Below are positions 1 through 12,685 of a stretch of 64,000 nucleotides of DNA, one piece after another (the first letter of the stretch is position 1; every line of letters begins with the position of its first letter). The stretch lies in the NCBI GenBank assembly GCA_043228905.1, contig JBHGNT010000015.1:6448001-6512000 (forward strand), given 5' to 3'. A model generated the notes under the pieces. It had not been told where the DNA came from. It saw only the letters and a list, made by a program, of their open reading frames with translations, and did no database searches. Made by a program: the position numbers and the translations under genes. Origin of the DNA: Azolla caroliniana. Lineage: Eukaryota; Plantae; Polypodiophyta.

Positions 1-2452
1 TGTGGGCCACGCCGTTGAAGATAAAGGATCAGGTGTTATCCGTCTTCAAGGAGCTCCACGCGAGAGTGGAAAGAGAAACCGACCGGAAGTTGAAGGCGGT
101 TCGAGCAGATAACGGAGGCGAATACCGGGGGCAGTTTGAGGAGTATTGCCGCTCGAAGGGAATCCGGCTCGAATTTACCATGCCGAAGACGCCAGAACTA
201 AACGGGTTGGCCGAGAGGATGAACCAGACCATAATGGAGAGGGTCCGGAGTATGCTAGGACATGCAAAGCTACCCAAGACATTTTGGGCTGAGGCGCTGT
301 CGACAACGACGTATGTGATAAACAGATCACCCTTAGTACCCTTGGACGGAGACATGCCGCAGAGAGTGTGGACCGGTAAGGAAGTGTCTTACCGGCATCT
401 GAAGGTGTTTGGGTGTCTCGCTTACGTGCATGTTGCAAAGGACCGGAGAGCAAAGTTGGATCCAAAGTCCCAACCTTGCATATTCCTCGGATACAACGAT
501 GATGAGTTCGGCTACCGAGTGTGGGATCCTGTCGACAAGAAGGTTTTCCGGAGTCGAGATATTATCTTCATGGAGGACAAGACCCTTGCCGACAGGGAGT
601 CGGAGAAGAAGATAATGAACTTTGAGTTGACTAGTAAGGATCGGTTCGATGAGATTCGGACCTACCTGGCTAAGAGCCAGTTGACACTCGAAGAACTAGC
701 CAGTTACGGTGAGGATACTAAACCGGCAGAAGAAGTAGAAGAAGCAGAAACCGGAACCAGCCAAGACCCTGAATCGGATTCGGATGAAGAACAAACAAAG
801 GAGCTGGTTGCCGAAAGCCAAAGACAGAGATATCCTCTCAGAGAGAGAAGGCCCCCTCGGAGATTTCCGGATTCAGAGCGCGTGTTGCTAACCGATGAGG
901 GGGAGCCGGAAAGCTTCGAAGAAGAAAAGGAGGACACCCACAGCCGCAAGTGGTTGAGTGCCATGTAGGACGAGATGGATTCCCCGCTTGAGAAGCACAC
1001 GTATGAACTAGTGGAGTTGCCGAAAGGAAAGTGGGCACTCCGGAATAAGTGGGTGTACAAGTTGAAACCGGGAGATGTCGGCAAATCCCCAAGGTACAAA
1101 GCCAAGATTGTGGTGAAGGGGTTCCAACAGAAGAAGGGAGCATCCGGTAGTAAAGATGACTTCCATCCGGACGGTGCTGAGCATAGGGGCAAGCATGGAC
1201 CTTGAGATAGAGCAGTTAGATGTGAAGACGGCGTTCCTCCACGACGACCTCGAAGAGGAGATCTACATGCAGCAACCAGAGGGATTTGTGAAGAAAGGGA
1301 AGGTGCACCTGGTGTGCCGGTTGAAGAAGAGCCTCTACGGTTTGAAGCGAGCTCCCCAGCAATGGTACTGGAAGTTCGACTCCTTCATGACCGATCAAGG
1401 GTACCACAAGACACAGGCCGATCACTGCGTATTTGTGAAGAAGTTCGAAGGTGGAGACCTCCTGATACTTCTCCTGTACGTGGACGGCATGTTGATCGTC
1501 AGACGAGACCAAGTCAAGATACAGATGATGAAGAAGGCCCTGAACTGGACTTTCTCAATGAAAGACTTGGGTCCGGCAAGACAGATACTGGGGATGCATA
1601 TCATCTGGGACTAGTCAACGAAGCAATTGTGGCTGTCACAGGAGAAGTAGGTGACAAAGGTGCTTCACCGGTTCAACATGTCAGACGTGAAACGGGTCGG
1701 ATCGACATTTCCAGCAAACTGCAAGCTATCCGGTAAGCAAAGCCTGAAGATGAAGGCAGAGAAGGCGGATATGATAAAGATACCATATGCCTTTGCCATC
1801 GGGAGCCTAATGTACGCAATGGTGTGTACCTGACTGGAGATAGGATACACAGTTGAAGTGGTGAGCTGGTTTATGAGCAATCCCGGCAAGGAGCACTGGA
1901 ATGCGGTAAAGTGGATACTCTGGTACTTGAAAGGCACCTCAAGTATGTGTCTCCGATTCAACTCTGGTAAACCCCAACTTAACAGTTTCACCGATTTGGA
2001 TATGTCGGCTGATGTAGATACTGGCCGGTCAACATCGGGATATGTTATGACATATGCAGGGGGAGCTGTTTCGTGGCAGTCGAGGCTGCAGAAGACGGTT
2101 GCGTTGTCAACCACAGAGGCAGAGTACATGGCAGCCGTGGAAGCCGGCAAGGAAATATTATGGATGAAGGACTTCATCGGAGAGCTAGGGATCCAACAAG
2201 GGGAATACCGGCTCTATTGCGACAGTCAAAGTGCCCTCCACCTTGTGAAGAATGCGACGTATCATTCCAGGACAAAGCACATCCAACAGAGGTACCACTA
2301 GATCCGGGAGCGAGTGGAAGATCGAGAGTTCGTGCTAACGAAGATCCACACGGAGGAGAATGGGTCAGATATGTTGATGCCCGACAAGCTGGACGCATGC
2401 CGGAAGCGAATTGGAATAACCAGACATCCCATGCCAGAGTGAAGGGGGAGTT
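1..2452 (+). mobile_element. Ty1/copia (Tnt1/Tork-like) internal region: integrase, RT, RNase H; decayed, 5' part outside window
   Basis: ORF fragments in copia order: INT (RADNGGEY, PELNGLAERMN, FWAEA), RT (QLDVKTAFL, LYGLK, LLYVDGM), RNase H (STSGY, VALSTTEAEY, YHSRTKHI). Many stops and frameshifts. PPT GAAGGGGGAG at 2441-2450. Confidence 0.93.
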
Positions 2453-2479
2453 TGCTAGGATTTCGGTCCCTCCAGATGG

Positions 2480-2605
2480 GATGATGAAGGCCCAGTGAGA
2501 ACCAGATGATGAAGGCCCGGTAAGAACCGGATGATGAGTACCCAAGAAGGAAGACCTGGTGAGAACCGGATGATGGAGGCCCGGTGAGAAGCTCTCACCG
2601 GATGA
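2480..2605 (+). repeat. ~25-bp tandem units (GATGATGAAGGCCCrGTrAGAACC) in LTR U3, putative enhancer array
   Basis: Four or five imperfect copies upstream of the TATA box. Confidence 0.75.
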
Positions 2606-2682
2606 AGGGACATATATGGAAATATGTTTCTGAGAGCCCATTGGGGCTATATCTATAAATAGTCCTAATGTCATATTAGTAT

Positions 2683-5600
2683 TGTTGAGCGACAAGCTCA
2701 ATTGGAGACGGATCGGCCGAATAAGCTTGAGCCGGTAAGCGAGACAGATCGGTATGACGGTGAGCAACCCAGCCGACAAGCAACAGAGCCGGTGAGCTGG
2801 GGAGCCGGTTAGCCGGATCCAATCGCTAACCGGCAGCCTAGTGTTAAGTTTAGACTACTAGGCAGGTATAGTCTCATAGTAAGTGTCAGATGCTCGTGTG
2901 AGCATTGAAGTACACGGTACTTATGTTTGTCCCATGAGGACTTGTATAAATAGCGCTGGTAAGCGCATTGTAGACACAAAGAACATTTCATATAATTTTG
3001 AATTAACGTTCTGCTCTCTTTGTCTATCTCTCCCATGTACTCTCTCTCTTGCACTCTGTGTTTCCTGTGTTTCTATTTTAACGCTTCCGCAAACATATAC
3101 GTTTTCATGGTATCAGAGCGCGAGGGTTGAGAACCTCTGCTGCAAACATTCGCCTTGAAAAGCTAACCCTAACAGGTCGCAAGAATAGACACAGAAGCAG
3201 TTATGGACAGAGGTATGGCAAGTTCACTTCCCACAGAGAAACTCGACTGGAGCAATTACGTGTCCTGGTCATACAAAATGCATCAGTACCTACTGGGGCA
3301 TGGGTATTGGAATTTCATGGAAGGAACGAACGAAACAACACCTAATGCATCACATAAGGATTTCCTAGTGTGGAAACAATCGGCAAGTAGAGTGATGTAC
3401 TGCTTCGCGTCCAGTGTCGGAGACCAATTGCTGAGCCACATCTGAGACGCCAAGACGCCAAAGGAGGCTTGGGGAAACCTGAAGAAGGTTTTCGCCGCGA
3501 GCACTACAACCCGGAAGTTGCAACTCCAACAGGAGTTGAGCAATGTCCGACAGAAGGACATATTAGTGGCGGATTATACGGCTCGGATCAAAGAGATCTG
3601 TGACTCGCTTGCCTCTATTAACGTCACCGTAGAGGAAGACGAGATGGTACTGGTCTGTCTTGGGGGCCTGGCGTCTAAGTACAAAGCCTTTTGGACGGCG
3701 GTTTGTACAAGGGTGAATACGCCATCATTTTTCGACTTACAGTCGATGCTCCTAGTAGACGAGAACCACGCCGGTGTGTCAACTAGCGCACCCACTGACA
3801 ACCGGATGCTGTACATGGAGCGGATCGGTCCTGTGGGCGTGGTGGACGAGGCAGGTCGGCACGCAATAGAGGCGGCCGGCAAGAGCAAGAATGTCGGCAT
3901 AGAGATCGTGCCGACAGCAATTCCGGACCCTCCGAGAGCAGGGGGAGTCAATGCGGTACCGGAGGCCGGCAAAACAAATCTACAACGGAATGCTGGTACT
4001 GTGGCAAGAAGGGCCACAGAGAAAGCGAATGCTAGAGAAAGCGCGCCGATTCGGACAAATCCGGATCTGGCAAGGCCGACACGGATAGCTAGCAAAGCTT
4101 GCACTACGTAAACAGATTGGGAGGATCCAAGAACGGTAAGGGACCAGCCTTGGTGATGAAGCACAAGGCGAACTCAATGAAGAAGACCACTTCCAAATTG
4201 GAGGAAGTGTGGTATGTTGATTTCGGCGTGTCAAACCACATGACGAGCCACAAGGAGTGGTTCCCTTTATTGGAGAAACCGGATCAACCAGGAGTAGTCA
4301 AAACCGGAGACGACACTCCTCACCAAATCGTGCATGTAAGAGAAGTCCCTTTGAGCCACGTCGGATAGAAGGGGAAGCTGATGAACGTATTACACGTTCC
4401 GACAATCACGAAGAACCTGGTGTCAGTCGGACAGATCATTGACCAGGGGATGTAGGTGCGGTTTACGCACCTTGGGTGCTTCATTGAGGATGAGGACAAA
4501 GTTATTGCGCAAGGGCGCAGAGACGGAAGGATGTTTATCCTCGACACCAATGACTTTGGCACCGCTCTATTTGCAAAAAGACATAAGGTCAAGTCGGGCA
4601 TCGACTTGTGGCACAAGCAAATATGCCACGTCAATTACTAGAGGCTTCAAGTCCTCCAAATGAAACAAGTTGTTTTCAGTTTGCCGAAGTTTAGCGGCCG
4701 GAGAGCCCAAGTATGTAAAGCCTGTTACTTCGGGAAGCAACACCGGCTTCCATTCCCCATCGAACGAAACTGAAGCCGTAACAAGCTCGACCTAACCCAT
4801 TCGGATGTGTGGGGACTGGCACAAAATGTTAGTCTTGGCGGGAGTCGATATTTCGTCTTCTTCATCGACGACTATACGCGGCACACATGGATCTACCTCA
4901 TCGAGCGGAAGAGCGAAGTCTTCGAGTGTTTCCGGAGTCTCCAAAGCATGGTGGAACGGGAATTGGAAAGGAAGATCAAATGCCTGCGGTCGGGAATCGG
5001 GTGGCGGGAAAGAATACTTTTCCGGCTAGTTCAACAGTTATCTACAGCAAACGGGAATTCGGCGAGAGTTCAGCTACAGATACACACCGCAACAGAACGA
5101 TGTTGCCGAAAGGAAGAACCAATCACTTATTGTTGCGGCAAGGGCTATGCTGGAGGAGAAGAGCATGCCCAAATTCTACTGGGCGGAGGCAGTTCGAACG
5201 ACTGTCTACATCCAGAACCGGATCGGTGATAAGGTGTCAGCTCACGAGTTGTATTTCGGGCGCAAGCCGAATCTAAGACACCTTAGAATATTCGGTAGCG
5301 TTGCGTATGTGCATGTACCGGATGAGAAGTGGAAGAAGCTGGATGCAAAATCGGAAAAATGCATCCTAGTCGGCTATGCTCAAGAGCAAAAGGGTTATAA
5401 ATGTTATAACCCCCAGACAAAGCAGGTCCGAGTTAGTCGAGATGTCGAGGTTGATGAATCGGTATCGTGGTACTCCTTACCGACTCCGACTTCCGAATCT
5501 GACCCGATGCCAGTGGATGAGGCTAGTGACCTTGAACCGGCCCAGGTAGAGGATGATGAAGCGTGGACTCAGGATGAGAGTCCGAAATCGTTCCGGTTGA

Positions 5601-8600
5601 GTGGGCCGAACGAGAGACTGAGTCAATTTGACCAGTCCGATGAGGAACCGGCGAGTATTGGAGACTTTGTCGTGCACTCCCCGCGCAAGGAACCGAGGAG
5701 ACGGTTCACGCGCAAAGAGAAGGGGAAAAAAAAGATGTCGGAATTCGAAACCGGCATCGATGAGTCGGATTGGTGTACGTCCGACTTCGGCAAGGAGAAA
5801 GGCGGATCTTTGGCAATGAAGACCGGACCGGCCAAGAAGGGCCTCAATATAGGCAACGATGAATTACGCCGGTCCACCTGCCAGAAGGATCCCGTCAAGC
5901 GGTATGGGTACAATGAGTACATGGCGCATCACTATGCATACATGACTAAGGTGGCGGAAGTGCGTCAGCCTGGGAGCTACGCAGAAGCGGCAAAGGAAGC
6001 AAATTGGCGTGTTGCTATGGAGGAAGAAATGCTGGCACTGGATGCCAACGAGACATGGGACCTGGTTGACCCTCCTCGACATTGCAAACCGATCGAATGC
6101 AAGTGGGTGTACAAGGTAAAGTACAACACCGACGGTTCAGTTAACTGGTACAAGGCCCAATTAGTGGCGAAGGGATACACGCAAACCCACGGAATCGACT
6201 ACGACGAGACCTTTGCTCCTGTAGTGAAGATGACGACGGTTCGAGTGGTGCTGGTGGTTGCTGCGGCAAGGGGGTGACATCTTCATTAGATGGATGTGAA
6301 GAATGCATTTCTTCAAGGTGATCTTGAAGAAGAAGTCTTTATGACTCAACCCCATGACTTTCAATCAGAGATGAACAAGTCGGCGGTATGCCGGCTAAAG
6401 AAGTCGTTGTACGGCCTGAAGCAAGCCCCTCGAGCCTGGAATGCGAAGATCACGCACTCGTTGCGTAAGATGGGGTTTGTGGCCTCCAAATCGGACTCTT
6501 CATTGTTCATCTGGCAAGGCTCAACTGGTCTGGTATGTATACTGCTGTATGTTGATGATTTAGTCATCACCGAACCAGGTGTTCCGGAAATCAACCGCGT
6601 CAAGTCCCAGTTGTCAGACACATTTGAGATGAAGGACCTGGGGGACCTTCATTACCTCCTAGGGATTGAGGTGATCCACACCCCCGACGGCATATTGCTC
6701 TCACAACAGCATTTCACGTTGAATATGCTGTACAAGTTCGCCATGACAGAATGCCGACCTGTCTCCACACCCTTGGACCGGAACCAGAAGCTCTGTTCCA
6801 ACTCCGGACCGGCCTGCAATGAGAAACGGTTCCGAGAAATTGTTGGAAGCCTTATATATTTGACCATCACCTGACCCGACATCAGCTATCTGGTCGGAGT
6901 GATAAGCCAATTCATGCAGAAGCCGACTGTGGAGCACCGTTAGTGTGCACAACGAATATTGCGATATGTAAGCGGCACGAAGGACCGGGGACTGTTATAT
7001 CAACGAAGTATAACTGAAGAGCTGGTCGGCTACACGGATGCTGACTGGGTCGACGATGCGTCAGATCGCCGATCGACTTCCGGATTTATGTTTTCTCTTG
7101 GGAGTGCAGTTGTTGCGTGGAGCAGCAAAAAGCAACCAATAGTGGCTCTGTCTAGCACTAAGGCTGAGTACCGGGGCGCGATCGTGGCTACCTGCGAAGC
7201 CATTTGGCTTCGGCGACTGCTGCGAAACTTGCGGATCGAGTTACCAACCCCGATCCCGATTTATTGTGATAACATCAGCAGCATGCAGCTCGCCAAGAAC
7301 CCTGTGTTCCATGCTCGCACGAAGCACATAGAACAGCATTATCATTTTGTGTGTGAGCGAGTCCTGAGCGGTGAAGTTGAACTTTTGTATGTTCGCACGG
7401 ATCGGAAAGTTGCCGCATCTTCACCAAGCCGCTCGGATCTGACAAGTTGCATCACTTTACCAACATGCTTGGTGTTCAGCATCTCGACGTGCCGCACTTG
7501 AGGGGGAGAAGCAAATGCAAAGAAACTGTTGGACCCGTCGGAAAGAGAAGAACCGGAAGAAGGGGAGAGAAGAAGAAGAAAGAAGTCGGGCCGACGAAGG
7601 AAGTCGACACATCCAAACAAGTCGGAGCAAGCGGCTGTGGTGGCAGAGTCAAGAAGGACCGAACCAACTAGAAGGAAGAAGAAGTGTGCACTCAGGAAGA
7701 GAAGTGCATGATGTGCGGAGGTCATCACGGCGGTAATGACCATGATGCGGAGTCAAATGCTGAATTAGACTTCGGTGAACCGGCTGAAGAAGCTGAAGAT
7801 GGAAGCAAGGCCAAGACATGGACGTGGTCCGATGTGGTGAAGGGTCTAAAACCGGTAGGCGAATTGGAGAATACCGATTCGGACAAGAGCTGGAACGAGT
7901 TGGAGACAGCCGACTCGGTTCAACAGACAGATCCGGATGAGTCGGATCAATTGAAGGCCAAGGAGACACGAACGCAGTGGAAGTCGATGCCATCGCGGAG
8001 GAACCGACGGATCGGCAAGCGCCAGAGTCATAGCAGCGAAGGAGCTGAGATGGGCCTATTGAGCAGACATGCCAACCGAGAAGGTCGAGGCGTGCAGAAC
8101 CAAAGGGTCGCAGCAAACGGGACCGGACCGGACGAGGAGCGCGAGCAAGGCAGAGCAACGCCAGGAGAAGTCAATTGGTAGAACCGACTGCCACAGATGT
8201 TGACACTACTATCCTACTACCTTAGGTTGAGCTTGAGGGGAAGTGTTGAGCGGAAAGCTCAACTGGAGCCGGATCGGCTGAATAAGCTTGAGCCGGTAAG
8301 CGAGACGGATCGGTATAACGGTGAGCAACCGAGCCGGCAAGCAACAGAGCCGGTGAGCTGGGGAGCCGGTTAGCCGGATCCAATCGGTAACTGACAACCT
8401 AGTGTTAAGTTTAGACTACTAGGCAGGTATAGTCTCGTAGTAAGTGTCAGATGCTCGTGTGAGCATTGAAGTACACGGTACTTATGTCAGTCCCATGAGG
8501 ACTTGTATAAATAGCGTTGGTAAGCGCATTGTAGACACAGAGAACATTTCATATAATTTTGAATTAACGTTCTGCTCTCTTTGTCAATCTCTCCCGCGTA

Positions 8601-8668
8601 CTCTCTCTCTCTCACTCTGTGTTTCCCGTGTTTCTATTTTAACGCTTCTGCAAACATATACGTTTTCA
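2683..8668 (+). mobile_element. Full-length Ty1/copia element (decayed gag-pol)
   Basis: LTRs 2683-3107 and 8244-8668 (425 bp each, TG...CA). Perfect 5-bp TSD AGTAT (2678-2682, 8669-8673). PBS TGGTATCAGAGC (tRNA-iMet) at 3108-3119. PPT TTGAGGGGAAG before the 3' LTR. Confidence 0.97.
3203..8181 (+). pseudogene. Copia gag-pol pseudogene (gag, PR, INT, RT, RNase H, plus C-terminal extension)
   Basis: Fragments LPTEKLDWSNY (gag), WYVDFGVSNHM (PR), FIDDYTRHTW (INT), MDVKNAFLQG and LYVDDL (RT), VFHARTKHI (RH). Interrupted by stops and frameshifts. Confidence 0.92.
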
Positions 8669-9050
8669 AGTATAAATATGACCTAGGGCAAACAGTGTCA
8701 GGAATAGTACTAAAACAGAGATGGAATTAGTACTAAGAAGAGTAGTACTATTAGTACTAAGAGGACGTGACTGCGTAATATTCCCGAGAGAGAGGAAGTG
8801 AGAAGAGGAGAGAGAGAGATATGATGATGACAACAGCTCTTATATTATATGAAAGATAAGTACAAATCGGCTAAGAGGCTTAAGACTGGTGTTGAACCAA
8901 TTTGGTTCAACATAATGCCTAGTGCCCTCTTTTATAGTGTTCTCAGGAATAATCCTGAAGCTTCTAGAATGTTCCAGAGAGATCTGGAATATACATCAAT
9001 TTTCTATGATAAAGCATAAATGAAAATAATATCCTACGTATTACAATTCA

Positions 9051-9104
9051 TAGTCTAATGGTAAGAGCTCGACCCATGTAGCATAAGGTCATGGGTTCGA
9101 GTCT
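9051..9104 (+). promoter_or_regulatory. tRNA-type Pol III A box/B box module in chromovirus LTR U3 (second copy 14266-14319)
   Basis: A box TAGTCTAATGG (9051-9061) and B box GGTTCGAGTCT (9094-9104), 32 nt apart. Present in both LTRs. Confidence 0.6.
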
Positions 9105-9172
9105 TGCCATATCATGACACTATCTCCCCCTTAAAGATGACGAGTGGAACGAGTCGGCGTAGATTGCGGACC

Positions 9173-9345
9173 GGGTTTGTCTGGATACTTTCGGTGGAAA
9201 TCAGCAAGAAGATCCTGAGCATTGGCAACATGCTCGACGGGTTCCCAAGTACGTTCGCTCGGACTATAACCGAGCCAATCGACCAAGTAATAAAGTTTGT
9301 TGCGAACAAGTTTGGAATCGAGGATGGCAGCAACTTCATACTCCG
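9173..9345 (-). other. Group I (canonical) chromodomain at the integrase C-terminus
   Basis: Manual translation: PEYEVAAILDSKLVRNKLYYLVDWLGYSPSERTWEPVEHVANAQDLLADFHRKYPDKP. Aromatic-cage Y/W/Y residues are present. Confidence 0.9.
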
Positions 9346-12300
9346 GGGCGGCGGTGGTGTCACACGATCGGGAATGGTGTTGGCTTTATAAGGTTCAAGA
9401 AGAGAACAATGGAAAACCGGATGTATCTGAAGTTGCGGAGGGAGATCAAGGCGGAAGGTGACATCATTAATCTTACCCGTAATACGGAAGGGACCGAGTC
9501 GTCGATAATCCAACTTCTCGCACGATCGAGTAGTCTTGATGTGACGACGTAAGAGCCATACTCGATCTCCGATGTCAAAAGAGCAGGGAATCTGATGACG
9601 ATCCGCATAAGTCTTCTGTGTGTGTTGAGCACGACGAAGGTGAGTAGAGAGATCCATCTGGATCTTGCGTAGCCTCTCCAAATGATCCTCGGCACGAGGG
9701 TTGGTAGGTAGCTCCAGAGTGTCGATCACCGACCAACGAGGATGGAAACCAGTATAAGCGAAAAATGGGGAGACCTGAGTCGAGGAGTGAATAGCATTAT
9801 TATACGCAAACTCCGCAAAGTGGAGAATCTCGGCCCAATCGTCCTGTTGATAACTCAGGAAACACCGGAGATATTGCTCCAACGTTTGGTTAGTTCGTTC
9901 CGCCTGCTCGTCGGTCTGAGGATGGTAGCCGGAGGAGAGGTTGCAGGAGACCTTGAGCATCTTGAAGAGATGCTGCCAAAATTTGGAGACAAATTGCGGG
10001 CCTCGGTCACTGATAATACTGTTTGGGAGGCCATGATGCCGAAATACCTTATGCATAACAAGAGCGGCGGTTTCCTCGCTAGTGATGGCTTTAGTACATG
10101 GCACAAAATGTGCCATCTTCGTATATCGATCGACGACGGTTAGGATAACATCGAACCCCTTCGAGACCGGCAGATTTGTGATAAAATCAAGACAAATAGA
10201 CTGCCACGGCTTACTTGGAATTGGTAAGGGTTCCAACAAGCCATATGGATGGTGTCGTGGCATCTTTGCTTTGTAGCAAGCATCACAGGTCCGAACGTAG
10301 TCGTCGACAAAACGGCGCATGTGGGGCCACCAAAAAGATCGTTGCACTAGCTCCAACGTCTTAGTACTACCGAAATGTCCCGCCGTATGAGTGTCGTGAC
10401 AAGGTTGGACGATTTGAAGGTGACAGGAGCAATCGGGGACATATACACGCTTTTTAAAGAATAACAAACCATCATGATATTCGAATTGTCGGTAGTCAAT
10501 ACCTGGTTGTTGAGACTGAGAACAGGATGCCCGAGAAGTATCAATGTGCGCCAGGATGTCTTGAGCAAAACTATCCGTCTTCAAGGTTGCACGTATGTCA
10601 TCGCTAATCGGTGAATCCATCGGGTGTGTGAAAAATCCGCGTCGTGTGCAATTGTGTTGGTCCCAAGATTACTTGCTTTTGATTATCAAATGTTGCGTCA
10701 CCAGGACGAGGTGCAAGATATGAACGCCGTGATAGTGCATCTGCTTTTCCTTGCTGCTTCCCTGGTCGATATGTCATTTTGAAGTCGAAACGTGTGAGGA
10801 ATTGCGCCCACCGAGCTTGCCGTCGATTTAGTACGCGAGCGTTCTGAAAATAAGCAAGATTTTTATGATCGCTAAAGACAATGACCTGATGTGGAGAGCC
10901 CTCTAAGAAATGCCGCCATTGTACAAATGAATCCACGATGGCTAATAACTCCTTGTCATGTATTTCGTAGTTGATTTCTGCGACATCGAATTTGCGCGAG
11001 TGGAAAGCCACCAGATGCAACTCTTCTTTATCGCCTTGTTGAGAAAGGATGCTACCGAGGGCGAAATCTGATGCGTCGGCCTCCATGATGTATGGTTTGC
11101 TTGTATCCACATGAGCTAGAATCGGTGCTGATGTAAAGGCTTTCTTAAGATGCCGAAAAGCCATATCTGCTTCTATGGACCAAAGAAATGCTTGGCCCTT
11201 CTTCGTAAGTTGTGTGAGAGGTAAAATAATCTTCGAGTAATCCTGTATAAACTTACGGTAGAAGTTAGCAAAACCTAGAAAACATTGTACATCTCGTACT
11301 GACCGTGGAATTTGCCACTCTAGTACAGTTTGGATTTTAGCTGGATCCATGGCGATGCCCTTTGAGGAGATGACGTAGCCTAGAAATTCCACTTGCTTGC
11401 AGTCAAAGCTACATTTTTCTAGCTTGGCATAAAGACCATTCTCGCGGAGTCGCTTTAGTACTAATAGTACATGAGAATCGTGCTCTTCCTGGGTCTTCGA
11501 AAAGATCAATAGATCATCCAGATAAATGATCAAGCAGATATCCAAGAGGTCTCTGAATATATCATTTGCCATGTGTTGGAAGACTGCGGGTGCATTGGTT
11601 AGGCCAAACGGCATAATAGTATACTCGAAATGCCCATACCGCGTGCGAAAGGCGGTCTTCCACTCATCTCCCGGTCGGATCCACACGAGGTTATACGCTC
11701 CTCGTAGGTCGATTTTAGTAAAAAACTTGGCACCATTAACTCGCTCTAAAAGACTTGATATAAGAGGAAGTGCATACCTATTCCGGATGGTGACTTTATT
11801 CAATCCGCGGTAATCAACGACAAGACGAAGTGAGCCATCTTTCTTCTTGACAAAGAAGATGGGTGCACCGGCCAGAGATTTCGAATGGCGGATGAACCCG
11901 TTTGCCAAGTTCTCCTCTAACTCGGCTCGAAGGACTTCTAACTCGGTGGGTGACAAGTTATAAATTGGTCCCCATGGTGGCTCGGTTCCTGGTTGTAAAT
12001 CGATGGGATAGTCATAGGGACGGTGATGAGGAAGGGTACCGGCTTTTACCTTGTCAAATACATCAGCATAAGGATGATATTTTGCTGGAAGTTGTACTGA
12101 GGAGTCCTTAATAGTGCTGGAAGGATGTACTGATATTGCAAATAGGAACATTGCCTCCTTGGGTCCTTCGCGTAGTTGATGGAGTGAAATGGTCGAAACT
12201 TGGTGAGTTGATTCTTGGGGTGGTCGATATCGGACTTCTCTTGTTCTCCAATCTATGGCTGGATTATGTAATTCAAACCAAGGTAATCCTAGGACAATGG

Positions 12301-12640
12301 GATGCTCTGGACTACTAATTATATTAAATGATATTACACACACAAAACTACCTAGGACAACTTGAATGGGTTCTGATTCTTCTACAATATTCCCGGAAGC
12401 AATGGGACGACCATCAATGACTACTACAAATGCGGGACAAGGAAGTTTTCTTAAGGATATCTGAGAAGCTTGGGAAAAATTTCGATCCATGAAACAGGAA
12501 TTAGCTCCGGAATCTAAAAGTGCTAGGACGAGTACTGGGGGAGTACTTTTAGTACTAACAATGACTTGGGCTAGGAACACATTGCTAACTTGCTTGGAAG
12601 GAATGGAACCACTAATGGGCTGTACAGATCTAGGGCTGCT

Positions 12641-12685
12641 GTCCAACCAAACGGCTCCTATTTTGGTTGGACTCAATCGTTTAAC
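12641..12685 (-). promoter_or_regulatory. Gag-pol -1 ribosomal frameshift signal: G_TTA_AAC, 6-nt spacer, 11-bp stem
   Basis: Heptamer at 12685-12679 in the gag frame, 2 codons before the gag stop. The -1 frame is the pol ORF. GTCCAACCAAA/TTTGGTTGGAC form a perfect stem. Confidence 0.8.

Larger units (their letters stand above)
9150..12685 (-). pseudogene. pol: Chromovirus Pol (PR LLDSGA, RT YLDD, RNase H, INT with GPF motif, chromodomain); nearly intact, frameshifted near 10610 and 9345
   Basis: ORFs 10604-12676 and 9112-10620. The chromodomain is readable in a shifted frame. Confidence 0.92.

Noticed and set aside
9045-9119. Functional tRNA gene in the chromovirus LTR
   Set aside because: A/B boxes are present, but there is no convincing acceptor or anticodon stem. 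Reported as a Pol III-type module only.
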